Counted from the first letter of the stretch, positions 9,176 to 19,241 are shown. The stretch is 64,000 nucleotides of DNA from an uncultured Rhodobacteraceae bacterium (GCA_947498645.1 CANMKS010000001.1:780032-844031); one strand, 5' to 3'. Program-made: numbers and translations. The notes: a model not told the origin generated them from the letters alone.

Positions 9176-10962
9176 CGGATCACCTCAAAGAGCAGCAGGT
9201 GATCGCTATGAAGCGGGACCGGACGCAACCACTCCACAGACACCTCGCCCTGCGCAAGCTGGGTCGCAAATGCGCCGGCATGACCATAGCCACGGCAAAG
9301 CAACAGATACCTAGCGTTGGTGTCGATGACATAATCGGCAAACGCCTCTGAACCCAGACGCCACGGAACCAAAGCATGCGACATTGCGGCGGCGCTTCGA
9401 TGATATAGGCCTGAAAGGCTGCTGTGGTGTGTCGCCCAGATCAGCGTTGGACCGAAATTGGCGTTTGTCAGGATCCGCGCTGGCGGCACGGCGTTCAGCG
9501 CGGTCATCACGTCGTATTGCCGGCAATCACTTCGTGCAGCCTCGGCATTGTCGGCACCAGAGGTAAAATAGGCTTCAAACGGACGCAGGTAGAGCGCGGG
9601 ACTTGCGATCGCTACCGCAATCGCAAACATCGCCACGGCCGCCCCGATGCGGCGCGTGGACAGATAGGATTGCAACAGCGCCGCCAACACGACGCCGCCA
9701 ATAATCGGCACAACAGAGGCGGCCAGAATGACCGTCCGCATCTGATAGAAGACAAGCGTGATGCCGAACGCACAGAGGACCAGCAAAAGACCCAAGGCCG
9801 TGCGTTGTTCGGTCGGCCCATCACCCTGACGCGCCTTGGTGAACCACAGCACCAGCCCCGAGACGAGCGCTGTCAGAATCGGTATTATGAACACAAATGC
9901 GGCGGCGGCATTCGTTTGCACATAAACCAGGGCTGGTTTTGCCTCGGTGATCTGCGCGCTGATCATTTCCTGGAGTTCCGCGGACAGGTTTCCGTAAGGC
10001 CCCTCAAGACATGTGGCAAGCAAAGGCCCGGCAAGCAGCAGACCGATTGCAGCAATGACAATAGTGCCCGCGACATGTAGCACTGGGCTGGCGATCCATT
10101 TGCGCAAGGCAAACGGCAAGATGCTGCCAAGTGCCGCCGCCGCGATCAGGCTGAACACTGGCAAACCCAATTGGTCACAGACGGGTATGGCGCGCGCATC
10201 TGGGGCAATCAGGCCCAACCAAAAGACAACGCTGCCAAAAAACAAGGCAAGGCAGAACGCAACCAGCAGCCGCGCCGACCCTACCGTCTGACCAAAAACG
10301 CCGCGCACGAAAAAGATGAAGCCCGCACCAACGATGAATAGCAGCGCCTCCAATCCGGTCGATAGCGAAAACGCCGCTGCCAGGCCTCCGACAACACCGG
10401 CCATAACCGGGCGGACCGGCCAGACCGCGGCCATCGCCAGTATGATCATCATCAAGAGTTGGACATTGTGGTGGTCTAGGCTGCCTGCTCGCGAATGCAA
10501 ATCGGCTGTCAGGGGCCAAAACACCGTACAGAGCACCGCGAAACACGCAGCAATTGTCCCAAACAAACGTCGGGTGCCAAAACCAACAACCAACAACGTG
10601 ACAATCAGGATCAGCGTCGGCCAAACGGTCGCGGCAATCAGCTCGGCGGTTTCCATCGGCACAAACAACGACAACGGCAGGATGATCGCGGCAATCCCGG
10701 CATCAATGTAGCGTGACCAGTGGATCGAGACACCGTCAGGTGGGGCAATCCGATATTGTGTGGTGTCATACCACCCCTGACCAGCGATCCAGTCACGCAC
10801 CATCATCAGACGGGTGATGTCATCATTGCCCATTTTGGAAAAACTGGCTTCCAGACCGAGGCCAGCAACAATCGCCTTGGCGATCACCAAAGTGACAGAC
10901 AAAACCATGACCAAAAGAAACGGCTGTTGCCGGGCCAGGCGTGTGATGGGCGTGTCGGACAT
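9172..10962 (-). CDS. GT-C fold integral membrane glycosyltransferase, AglB/STT3-like
   Basis: About 13 TM segments; GNDD..R, YRIAPPDGVSIHWSR and SRAGSLDHH motifs; soluble C-terminal domain; 4-bp overlap with gtrA. Start taken at ATG 10962. Confidence 0.65.
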   Translation of the reverse strand: MSDTPITRLARQQPFLLVMVLSVTLVIAKAIVAGLGLEASFSKMGNDDITRLMMVRDWIAGQGWYDTTQYRIAPPDGVSIHWSRYIDAGIAAIILPLSLFVPMETAELIAATVWPTLILIVTLLVVGFGTRRLFGTIAACFAVLCTVFWPLTADLHSRAGSLDHHNVQLLMMIILAMAAVWPVRPVMAGVVGGLAAAFSLSTGLEALLFIVGAGFIFFVRGVFGQTVGSARLLVAFCLALFFGSVVFWLGLIAPDARAIPVCDQLGLPVFSLIAAAALGSILPFALRKWIASPVLHVAGTIVIAAIGLLLAGPLLATCLEGPYGNLSAELQEMISAQITEAKPALVYVQTNAAAAFVFIIPILTALVSGLVLWFTKARQGDGPTEQRTALGLLLVLCAFGITLVFYQMRTVILAASVVPIIGGVVLAALLQSYLSTRRIGAAVAMFAIAVAIASPALYLRPFEAYFTSGADNAEAARSDCRQYDVMTALNAVPPARILTNANFGPTLIWATHHSSLSGLYHRSAAAMSHALVPWRLGSEAFADYVIDTNARYLLLCRGYGHAGAFATQLAQGEVSVEWLRPVPLHSDHLLLFEVIR

Positions 10963-11165
10963 TCTGCGTGCAGCCTTGTTGCGGGTTGCTGCGGCATAGC
11001 ATGTGCGCACATCGCGCAACACTCTATCGCTCACAGCGCCCCCAGCCCAATGATTGCTGTTGCACAAAGGACGCGACGTGCCCAATGTGCGGCAAACGAC
11101 AGGCCGATTTGCGCCCCAATTCGCGGCTACTGCCAAACAAAATGACGATCAAGCAAGGGTTATTG

Positions 11166-12338
11166 ATGACCGAACTGACGATCCTGATGCCTTGCTTGAA
11201 CGAGGCTGAAACACTTGAGACATGTATCGTAAAGGCAAAGGACTACCTTGCCCGGTCCGGGGTCGATGGCGAGGTTTTGATTGCCGACAACGGGTCGACA
11301 GATGGCAGTCAGGACATCGCAAAGCGTCTTGGCGCGCGCGTCGTGGACGTGCCGATCAAAGGCTATGGTGCCGCATTGGGCACAGGCATCGCCCATGCCA
11401 AGGGACGTTACATCATCATGGGTGACAGTGACGATTCTTACGATTTTTCCAACCTTGACCCCTTTGTTGAAAAATTGCGCGATGGTGCCGATCTTGTCAT
11501 GGGCAATCGTTTTCAAGGTGGTATCGCCAAAAACGCAATGCCTCCGCTGCACCGCTATCTGGGCAATCCGGTTCTGTCGACGGTTGGGCGCGTGTTCTAC
11601 CGCACGCCTGTCGGCGACTTTCACTGTGGTCTGCGCGGGTTCTCGCGTGAGGCGATCACCGCGCTCCACCTGAATACACCGGGAATGGAGTTCGCCTCTG
11701 AAATGGTGATCCGCTCGACGCTTTTCGGGCTGGATATCCGCGAGGTGCCAACGACCCTGAAACCTGACGGGCGCTCGCGGCCACCGCATCTGCGCAGCTG
11801 GCGGGACGGTTGGTTGCACCTGAAACTCTTGCTGACTTTTGCACCATACTGGCTGTTCTATTATCCGGGGCTGGCGCTCTTTGGCATTGGGACACTGGGG
11901 TTCTCAGCGCTGATGTTCGGACCCATCACCATCGGCAGCGTCAGCTTTGACATCGCAACACTGATCCTCGCCAGTGCCCTGGTATTGTCCGGCTTTCAGA
12001 TGGTCTGCTTCCATGTGCTTACCCGAATATTTGCAGTCCGCTTCAACCTGCTGCCCACATCACCGCGCTACGAGAGGTTCCGTAGCAAAATCTCGGTCGA
12101 TAACGCCTGCATTCTTGGTGGCATCCTTTTGTTGATCGCATTCGTGGCAACACTTGCCGGTGTGTTCAGTTGGGGGGCCAAAGGATTTGGCGACATGATC
12201 GCCAGCGATGTCGTGCGCCCGGCGGCCCTTTCTGTGGTTTGTGCCTCGCTTGGGGTGCAGGTTATCACTACTGGCTTTTTGTCGTCGATGCTTCAGCAGC
12301 CCATCCGCCCTGACCCAGCGCCTATTGCGGGCGCCTGA
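11166..12338 (+). CDS. GT2 polyprenol-phosphate glycosyltransferase (DPM1/GtrB-like) with C-terminal TM helices
   Basis: ILMPCLNEA, ADNGSTDGS, GYGAAL, MGDSDDSY (DxD) and DFHCGLRGF motifs. Confidence 0.88.
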   Translation: MTELTILMPCLNEAETLETCIVKAKDYLARSGVDGEVLIADNGSTDGSQDIAKRLGARVVDVPIKGYGAALGTGIAHAKGRYIIMGDSDDSYDFSNLDPFVEKLRDGADLVMGNRFQGGIAKNAMPPLHRYLGNPVLSTVGRVFYRTPVGDFHCGLRGFSREAITALHLNTPGMEFASEMVIRSTLFGLDIREVPTTLKPDGRSRPPHLRSWRDGWLHLKLLLTFAPYWLFYYPGLALFGIGTLGFSALMFGPITIGSVSFDIATLILASALVLSGFQMVCFHVLTRIFAVRFNLLPTSPRYERFRSKISVDNACILGGILLLIAFVATLAGVFSWGAKGFGDMIASDVVRPAALSVVCASLGVQVITTGFLSSMLQQPIRPDPAPIAGA

Positions 12339-12359
12339 TCCTTGGCTGATAGTTGGGGC

Positions 12360-13643
12360 ATGGCTGACCCAACTGCATTGATGCAAGCAATCACAGATCG
12401 GCGCGACGACCTGATCGCGCTGACCCAGGACCTGATCCGCATACCCACACTCAACCCACCCGGTGCAGACTACCGGCTGATCTGTGAGTATCTTGAGACG
12501 CGGCTTCGCAAGGCCGGGTTTGAAACGGAGCTGATCCGCGCCCATGGCACGCCGGGCGACAGTGACAAATATCCGCGCTGGAACATCATCGCACGGCGCG
12601 ACGGCACGGCGAAAGGCGACTGCGTGCATTTCAACAGCCACACCGATGTGGTCGTGGTTGGCAGCGGCTGGACCAAAGACCCTTTCGGCGGTGAGCTAAG
12701 CGACGGGAAGATCTACGGACGTGGTGCATGCGACATGAAGGGCGGCTTGGCCGCGTCCATCATCGCGGCTGAGGCGTTTCTGGCGGTCTATCCGGACTTT
12801 GCGGGCGCCATCGAAATCTCTGGCACAGCGGATGAGGAATCCGGCGGCTATGGCGGCGTCGCCTATCTGGCCGAGAAGGGCTACTTTGACCCCGCCCGCG
12901 TCCAGCACGTGATTATCCCCGAACCGCTGAACAAAGACCGGGTCTGCCTTGGCCATCGCGGCGGTTGGTGGGCCGAGATCGAAACATTTGGCGAAATCGC
13001 CCATGGCTCCATGCCGTTTCTGGGGGACTGCGCGGTCCGGCACATGGGGGCGGTGCTGACCGCATTCGAAGACAAACTCTACCCCGCCATGGCCGCGCGC
13101 ACGACAGATATGCCGGTGGTGCCCGAAGGCGCACGGTCATCCACGATGAACATCAATTCGATCCACGGCGGTCAGCCTGAACAAGGCGCGGACTATACCG
13201 GCCTGCCTGCCCATTGTGTGCCTGACAGCTGCCGTATCGTGATCGACCGCCGGTTCCTCGCGGAAGAAAACATCGACGAGGTGCGGGGCGAGGTCACCAA
13301 ACTACTGGACGACCTCAAAACCAGCCGCGATCGGTTCGACTATGACCTGCGCGAAATCAATCTGGTGCTGCCCAGCATGACCGACCGGGATGCGCCAGTG
13401 GTGCAGACAGTCGCGGCAGAGATTGAAAAAGTGCTCGGCAAACCGGCAGAATTCGTGGCTTCCCCCGGCACCTACGATCAAAAACACATCGACCGGATCG
13501 GGAAACTGAAGAACTGCATCGCTTACGGGCCGGGGATACTGGAACTGGCACATAAGCCCGATGAATACGTGGGGGTGGATGATATGCTGGACAGCGCGCA
13601 GGTCATGGCGGGGGCATTGAGGCAGATTTTGCCGCCGGGTTGA
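12360..13643 (+). CDS. M20 metallopeptidase, acetylornithine deacetylase/succinyl-diaminopimelate desuccinylase family
   Basis: FNSHTDVV, GRGACDMKGG, ADEESGG and AHKPDEYV motifs. Confidence 0.88.
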   Translation: MADPTALMQAITDRRDDLIALTQDLIRIPTLNPPGADYRLICEYLETRLRKAGFETELIRAHGTPGDSDKYPRWNIIARRDGTAKGDCVHFNSHTDVVVVGSGWTKDPFGGELSDGKIYGRGACDMKGGLAASIIAAEAFLAVYPDFAGAIEISGTADEESGGYGGVAYLAEKGYFDPARVQHVIIPEPLNKDRVCLGHRGGWWAEIETFGEIAHGSMPFLGDCAVRHMGAVLTAFEDKLYPAMAARTTDMPVVPEGARSSTMNINSIHGGQPEQGADYTGLPAHCVPDSCRIVIDRRFLAEENIDEVRGEVTKLLDDLKTSRDRFDYDLREINLVLPSMTDRDAPVVQTVAAEIEKVLGKPAEFVASPGTYDQKHIDRIGKLKNCIAYGPGILELAHKPDEYVGVDDMLDSAQVMAGALRQILPPG

Positions 13644-13767
13644 AAGGTTCGGGCGCCGCGATATTGCCTGGGTGGGGATTGAGCGCAATCTTCCCTCGAG
13701 CCAAGTCTTAGCGAAAGTCTGCCTTCACCTTGGCAGCAAAGCGGAACGCCTTGTTGCGACAAATGAA

Positions 13768-13800
13768 AAGGGTCGTGCGAGCACCGCCGGCACGACCCTT
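13768..13800 (-). terminator. Rho-independent terminator after the LysM gene
   Basis: 11-bp stem AAGGGTCGTGC/GCACGACCCTT, followed on the minus strand by a T-rich tract. Confidence 0.7.
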
Positions 13801-13821
13801 CCAAATCTCTGATCGCTTGCC

Positions 13822-14610
13822 TTAACGGCTGATCTTGTTCGAAATGATACCCAACATCGCGCTCAACCATGCGGGATTGTCTTCAGCCGCGATAACCGCA
13901 TTGCTGAGCGTTGTTTTTTCGCTGTCAGGGATATCAAGCGTCTCGATAAGAGCAATAACCTTGTCAGCATCGAAACCCTCGATGGTCAACAATTCTTCCG
14001 ACATTGCCATCAGGTCTTCTGCGCTGTCTTCGTTCGCGTTTGCCGATGCGTCAGCCTCGCTTGCGGATGCTTCTGTCGCAACGGCGGCTTCGTCTTCAGC
14101 TTCCTTGGCGGCGGCGGCCTCAGCGGCTGCAAGGGCTTCGGCCGCTTTGGCGGCGGCCTCCTGAGCGGCAGCGAGGGCTTCAGCGGCGGCGGCAACCTCT
14201 GCTGCTGCCAAGGCTGCGGCCGCTTCTGCTTCGGCTTGTTCTGCCGCAGCTGCGGCCTCTGCTTCTGCTTCCGCGGCAACGGCTTCGGATTGTTCAGCTG
14301 CTTCCGTGTCTGCTGAACCTGCCATCAACTCCTCGCCCTCAATGCATGGGATGATAAGTTCCATACCCAAAAATAGTACAGAGCGATCTGGGCCAATCTG
14401 TTCTGCATTTGCGGCATAAATCTCGTCCACGCGGCGCGATGTGCCATATGCCCACTCCGAGATATTCGAAAGGCTGTCACCCCTCTCAACGACATAGGTT
14501 GTTCCGCAGACGATTTCGTCAGAATGTGCCAGCAGCGGCGTACCCAGGCAGACCCCGATGAGTGCCAAGCCAATATTGGCGATTTTGAACTTTTTCATTT
14601 GAGAACTCAT
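13822..14610 (-). CDS. Secreted LysM-domain protein with Ala/Glu-rich linker and small helical C-terminal domain
   Basis: Signal peptide; YVVERGDSLSNIS..AYG...IYAAN..IG......GMELIIPC LysM pattern; EALAAA quasi-repeats. Confidence 0.75.
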   Translation of the reverse strand: MSSQMKKFKIANIGLALIGVCLGTPLLAHSDEIVCGTTYVVERGDSLSNISEWAYGTSRRVDEIYAANAEQIGPDRSVLFLGMELIIPCIEGEELMAGSADTEAAEQSEAVAAEAEAEAAAAAEQAEAEAAAALAAAEVAAAAEALAAAQEAAAKAAEALAAAEAAAAKEAEDEAAVATEASASEADASANANEDSAEDLMAMSEELLTIEGFDADKVIALIETLDIPDSEKTTLSNAVIAAEDNPAWLSAMLGIISNKISR

Positions 14611-14735
14611 AATTTGTTATCCGCTTTTTGGTGATTGCACATAAATACTGACTAAAATATGGCCGATTTTCATCAAACTGGGAAAGTACCGCTGCGTTAC
14701 CTGCCGTCATTTTGGCGGCAAAACGGGGGGCAACT

Positions 14736-15584
14736 TTACGATGGCAAGGTCAGGACGGATGTAAGGACCGCCGTCATTGATAGAATGCCAATGAACACCC
14801 CCCATTCAACCAATATTGATTGGGCCAAGTGTCGCGCTGCCGTGCGGTCGCCAGCTTGCATGCGTGGGATGAATCGCATTTTGTTGGCAGCGGCCAGCGT
14901 CAAAAGGGCACCGACAAGTATGACCTTAAGGATCAATGCGCGGCCATAGGCGCCATTTATCAAGGCACTTGGCGTGCCGACGAGGGCGTAACCCATATAG
15001 AAACCCGCCAATACAAGAAGCGGGACCAAAACCATCGCAAGCCGTCCAAAACGATGCCCCGCTTCAATCGCTTCAGGTCGTTGCGCCGGATTCAGCGCAA
15101 GTTTTCGCAGCGGCGACAACACTCCGATCCAGAAACTGACTGCGGCGAGGTGAAACAGCAGGATCAGGTTCAGCATGATGCCGTCACGATCCGGGATATG
15201 TCCGATCTGCGCAAAGGACCATAGCGCTGTGATCCCTCCGATCGTTGCCAAGAGTAGGCCGCGCCGCCCCAGAAATGCGCCAAAAATCAGTAACCCAAGC
15301 CCCACCACACGCAGAACAAGTGCTGTCCCGACAGGTGTTGTCCACAATAGTCCCAGCATTTCGGGATCTGTCATGCCGGACACATCACCGGTCAGCATCG
15401 CGGCACGCAGGCAGAACCCGCCAAGTGTCGCAATCAAACCAATAACAGCAAAGCACATGATAAACGGCCGATTGATTTTCAATCGCAAAATCAAACTCAC
15501 AAGAACGCTACCGAAAGAAGTCAACACCCCCAGGTAAAGCCCAAACTTCGCCACGATGGACGCAATGCCCCAAAAATCAAGCAT
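14736..15584 (-). CDS. copD: CopD-family copper resistance membrane protein
   Basis: 8 TM segments; HLAAVSFWIG, RF..LA, YGRALILK and N...FIP segments; directly downstream of copC. Confidence 0.8.
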   Translation of the reverse strand: MLDFWGIASIVAKFGLYLGVLTSFGSVLVSLILRLKINRPFIMCFAVIGLIATLGGFCLRAAMLTGDVSGMTDPEMLGLLWTTPVGTALVLRVVGLGLLIFGAFLGRRGLLLATIGGITALWSFAQIGHIPDRDGIMLNLILLFHLAAVSFWIGVLSPLRKLALNPAQRPEAIEAGHRFGRLAMVLVPLLVLAGFYMGYALVGTPSALINGAYGRALILKVILVGALLTLAAANKMRFIPRMQAGDRTAARHLAQSILVEWGVFIGILSMTAVLTSVLTLPS

Positions 15585-15586
15585 GT

Positions 15587-15931
15587 CTATTCAACGGTAA
15601 ACGCGAATGACCCATTCAGGGCATGGCCATCATCGCCCAGTCCACGCCATTCCACCAGATACGCCCCCATCCCCATCGGTTCCAATGGGATTACATAGTC
15701 AGAGATGAAATCGCGATATTCACTCAAATTCAAATCAACCCGTGTCTCATCCGTATGGGTCATGCTGACACGCGTCAGCCTGATTCCGCTGGTGAAATTC
15801 ATAACAATTTCGGTCGGAGCGTCTGTCAGCGCCGCCTCATGTGCAGGCAATGTTGTTTCCAGCAGCGGATGTGCGAATGCAGCCGTTCCAGACAGAAACG
15901 CAAATAGCACTGTCAGCAAGGTTTGCTTCAT
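15587..15931 (-). CDS. copC: CopC periplasmic copper-binding protein
   Basis: Signal peptide followed by mature N-terminal His (AHPLLE..P); C-terminal WRGLGDDGH.LNG.F.FTV motif. Confidence 0.85.
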   Translation of the reverse strand: MKQTLLTVLFAFLSGTAAFAHPLLETTLPAHEAALTDAPTEIVMNFTSGIRLTRVSMTHTDETRVDLNLSEYRDFISDYVIPLEPMGMGAYLVEWRGLGDDGHALNGSFAFTVE

Positions 15932-16194
15932 GTTTCCATCTTTCCACCATTGGGCGCGACGATAGCTTTGCCGCTGACTGCGTAATCTAAACGCGCTTCA
16001 TGGCAAAATCTGGACCTTTTCGCGCCAAGTAAACGGAACTCTTCGATTGGGCTGACGGGATATCCTGTCTCTCCGCTCCCTCCGGCGCTTGATGACTTTT
16101 GCCGCCAGTGAAAACCCCAAAACATCGTGGAGAATTGGGAACCGAAAATCCGCTTCTGCCCTGCAAGACAGACACGCCCAGCGTCTGGTCTGCG

Positions 16195-17037
16195 CTAAAC
16201 CGCTATATTGTCAATCAACCGCACACCGGCCAGCCATGCAGCCGCAAACAGCCGTGCGTCTGGTTTTGTCCGGTCCAACAGTGACAAATCACCGCCGTCA
16301 CGCATCTCCAGATAGTCGATCTCATTAAACCCCGCGGCCAGGATCCGCGCCTGCGCATCATCGCGGATCTCACTCATCGCCGCCCCACCGCGCAATTTCT
16401 CTCGCATATCCTCCATTACCTCGGCCAGAATCGGGGCATAGACGCGCGACCGATCAGACAGCAGCAGGTTGCGCGATGACATGGCCAGCCCGTCCTCTTC
16501 GCGGATGGTGGGGCAGCCGATCACCTCTATGGGGATATCCAGATCGCGGGCCATTCGGCGCACGATCTGTAGCTGTTGATAATCCTTTTCACCAAAAAAA
16601 GCATAGTCAGCAGAGGTCTGGATAAAGAGCTTGGACACCACCGTCGCCACCCCGTCAAAATGCCCCGGACGGCTTTCACCGCAGAGCATATCCGTCAGCC
16701 CCGCCACTGACACAGTCGTGGCAAACCCATCCGGGTAAATCTGGTCCGGCTCAGGCACATAGATCAGATCAACACCAATACTCTCCAGCTTGCGCGCGTC
16801 TTCTTGCTCGGTTCGGGGATAATTCTTGAGGTCGTCAGGATCGTTGAATTGCTTGGGGTTCACAAAAATTGTGACAATCACGCGGTCGCATTTGGCGCGG
16901 GCCGCGCGGGCCAGCGACAGGTGGCCCTGATGCAGGGCACCCATTGTAGGGACGACGCCAATCGTCTCATTGGCTTTGCGCCAAAGGGCCGTCTGTTCAC
17001 GCAGCGCCACCAAAGAGCGCACGATGGGCGCGATCAA
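16195..17037 (-). CDS. panC: Pantoate--beta-alanine ligase
   Basis: [43 protein letters not shown] and RLIDN motifs; TTG start overlaps the panB stop. Confidence 0.96.
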   Translation of the reverse strand: MIAPIVRSLVALREQTALWRKANETIGVVPTMGALHQGHLSLARAARAKCDRVIVTIFVNPKQFNDPDDLKNYPRTEQEDARKLESIGVDLIYVPEPDQIYPDGFATTVSVAGLTDMLCGESRPGHFDGVATVVSKLFIQTSADYAFFGEKDYQQLQIVRRMARDLDIPIEVIGCPTIREEDGLAMSSRNLLLSDRSRVYAPILAEVMEDMREKLRGGAAMSEIRDDAQARILAAGFNEIDYLEMRDGGDLSLLDRTKPDARLFAAAWLAGVRLIDNIAV

Positions 17038-17858
17038 TTGGGTGCCTCATCCGCAAAGATATGTTCCTTTGCGGGGAAAGCGCGTGCGCGCACGTCGGCG
17101 GCATAGGCCGCAATCGCCGCTGCACCGTCATCGCCCAGATGTGCGTATCGTTTCACAAATTTCGCTTTGAAGGCCGTGAAAAGGCCCAGCATATCGTCAA
17201 CCACAAGGATTTGCCCATCGCAGCCTGCGCTTGCACCAATCCCGATTGTCGGGATCGGGATGCGCGCGGTCATTTCATCGGCAAGGGTCTGGGGCACCTT
17301 TTCCAGCACAACGGCAAAGGCACCCGCCTCGGCCACCGCAACAGCATCGGCCATGGCAGCATCGCGCGCAGCACCCCGTCCTTGCACCTTGTAGCCGCCA
17401 AGCGTGTTGATGGACTGCGGTGTCAGACCAATATGCGCCATGACCGGGATACCACGGGCGACCAGAAAGGCGATCGTGTCAGCCATGGCCACGCCGCCTT
17501 CCAGCTTGACCGCTCCGGCTCCGGTCTCGGACATCAGCCGGGCGGCGTTGCGAAAGGCCTGCTCGCGGCTTTCTTCATAGGACCCAAAAGGCATATCAAT
17601 AACCATCATCGCCGAGGTCAGACCGCGCGCGACGGCCTTGCCGTGCATGATCATCATCTCCATGGTCACACCAAGGGTCGATGGCAGACCATGCAACACC
17701 ATGCCAACGCTGTCGCCAACCAGCACAAAGTCGCAATGTTCATCCATCATCTGCGCCATGGGCGTGGTATAGGCCGTCAGGCTGACCAGCGGCGTGCCGC
17801 CCTTGGCGGCACGGATATCATCTGGCATCGGGGCGCGTTTTTTTGCAGTGGCACTCAT
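17034..17858 (-). CDS. panB: 3-methyl-2-oxobutanoate hydroxymethyltransferase
   Basis: [26 protein letters not shown] and HIGLTPQ motifs. Confidence 0.96.
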   Translation of the reverse strand: MSATAKKRAPMPDDIRAAKGGTPLVSLTAYTTPMAQMMDEHCDFVLVGDSVGMVLHGLPSTLGVTMEMMIMHGKAVARGLTSAMMVIDMPFGSYEESREQAFRNAARLMSETGAGAVKLEGGVAMADTIAFLVARGIPVMAHIGLTPQSINTLGGYKVQGRGAARDAAMADAVAVAEAGAFAVVLEKVPQTLADEMTARIPIPTIGIGASAGCDGQILVVDDMLGLFTAFKAKFVKRYAHLGDDGAAAIAAYAADVRARAFPAKEHIFADEAPN

Positions 17859-17957
17859 GGTCATTTCCTGTTTGCTCACAACGGCAATATCAGCCCAATT
17901 TGCGCCTTGCCAGCCTGAACCGTCGTTCCGCATGCCGGTTCAGGCGACAAGCGGTGT

Positions 17958-18371
17958 TCAGGATGCAAGCATCTTTGCTGCCTGCGCAGCTTCCTTGCCT
18001 TTGAGAACAAAGTGATCACGATAGATTGCCATGTGGTGATCGGTTTCCTGAAAATGGTGGGGTGTCAGGCTGACCGACAGCACCGGCACCTGCGTATCAA
18101 GGCCCACGCGCATCAGCCCGTCAACCACGGCGCTGGCCACAAAATCATGGCGGTAGATACCGCCGTCAACAACCAGTGCGGCACAGGCAATCGCGGCATA
18201 ATCGCCGGTCAGCGCCAGCTTTTGCGCCAGCAGGGGCATCTCAAATGCGCCGGGCACATCAAAGACAGCGACCTGTTCTTTTGGGATTTCTGACAAGAAC
18301 CCATCAAGCGCCCGATCCACGATATCGGCATGCCACCCGGCCTTGATGAATGCAAACTGGGGAAGTGTCAT
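17958..18371 (-). CDS. ribH2: 6,7-dimethyl-8-ribityllumazine synthase, type II (RibH2)
   Basis: AGWHADIV (Trp typical of type II), VPGAFEMP and VVDGGIYRHDFVA motifs; directly downstream of an FMN riboswitch. Confidence 0.9.
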   Translation of the reverse strand: MTLPQFAFIKAGWHADIVDRALDGFLSEIPKEQVAVFDVPGAFEMPLLAQKLALTGDYAAIACAALVVDGGIYRHDFVASAVVDGLMRVGLDTQVPVLSVSLTPHHFQETDHHMAIYRDHFVLKGKEAAQAAKMLAS

Positions 18372-18451
18372 ATGTGATCTCCTTTGGTTCGACACGTCAC
18401 CCCAAGGCATCACACAACACATCCCGCACCAAATTGGCGCGCAACATGCTG

Positions 18452-18605
18452 CATTCTCTTCCATCCGGACTATGACCGTCGGCTCAGGCATCTCACCTGA
18501 TCTGCTGGACCAAGGGGTTTTCCGTCTGAAAGACCCCTTGCGCTCGCGGGCTCGTGGACAGACCACATACCGCCGGTGGGGAATTTCACCCCGCCCTGAG
18601 AATAC
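18452..18605 (-). ncRNA. FMN riboswitch (RFN element)
   Basis: Minus strand reads ATTCTCAGGGCGGGGTGAAATTCCCCACCGGCGGT...AGCCCGCGAGCG...CAGATCAGGTGAGATGCCTGAGCCGACGGTCATAGTCCGGATGGAAGAGAAT, the canonical RFN consensus, and sits upstream of ribH2. Confidence 0.95.
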
Positions 18606-18649
18606 CGGCGTTTTGACAGAAGGCCGATGATTGAGCAAGAGTGCCCAGC

Positions 18650-19153
18650 ATGCATCACAACATCTACCTGCGCCCCGAACGCGCCGACGATAAAGAGGCG
18701 CTTCATGCGCTGACAACCGACGCCTTTGCTCCGATGGGTTTCAGTGACGGGACCGAGGCGGACGCATTGGACGGATTGCGCAGGGATGGCGACCTCGCAC
18801 TTTCGCTTGTCGCGGCAAGGGAAGGTCAGATCATCGGCCATATCGCCTTTTCTCCTGCGACGGTCGGCGAGACGGAGGGCAGTTGGTTTGCCCTTGGGCC
18901 CATCGCCGTTGAGGCACGATTCCAACGGCAAGGGATCGGCACAAGACTAACGCTGGCCGGGTTGGATTGGCTGAAAGGCAGAGGGGCGGCAGGCTGCGTC
19001 CTGATCGGCAACCCCAAGGTCTATGGCCCCATGGGTTTCACCTCGGACCCGGGCCTGACCCATGGTGATCTGCCACATACTTACGTGCAATTTGTGTCTA
19101 TCAACGGCGCTACTCCGCAGGGTGAGGTGACTTTCGCGCCAGCACTCCGATAG
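18650..19153 (+). CDS. GNAT N-acetyltransferase (YhbS-like)
   Basis: LSLVA....IIGHIAFSP, LGPIAV...FQRQGIG and LIGNPKVYGPMGF motifs. Confidence 0.85.
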   Translation: MHHNIYLRPERADDKEALHALTTDAFAPMGFSDGTEADALDGLRRDGDLALSLVAAREGQIIGHIAFSPATVGETEGSWFALGPIAVEARFQRQGIGTRLTLAGLDWLKGRGAAGCVLIGNPKVYGPMGFTSDPGLTHGDLPHTYVQFVSINGATPQGEVTFAPALR

Positions 19154-19241
19154 GGTAAGGATCTCAGCACGGTCTCAAGAAAATAGATTGCGAGCTTGCG
19201 CAACATGGCTACCCTAATCCTAAATCAGCAGCAGAGGCACC

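Noticed and set aside
10963-11165. N-terminal extensions of the GT-C (to 11136) and GT2 (from 10968) ORFs
   Set aside because: They overlap each other across a divergent promoter gap and have no family-like sequence.
14020-14310. Repetitive GCN-rich DNA as a possible CRISPR or tandem DNA repeat
   Set aside because: It is coding low-complexity Ala/Glu sequence with no constant repeat-spacer structure.
15932-16194. Small ORFs between panC and copC
   Set aside because: 62-79 aa ORFs in several frames with no motif, SD or coding-like bias.
17958-18716. 252-aa extended ribH ORF
   Set aside because: The extension runs through the FMN riboswitch; the real start is ATG 18371 with an AAGGAG SD.
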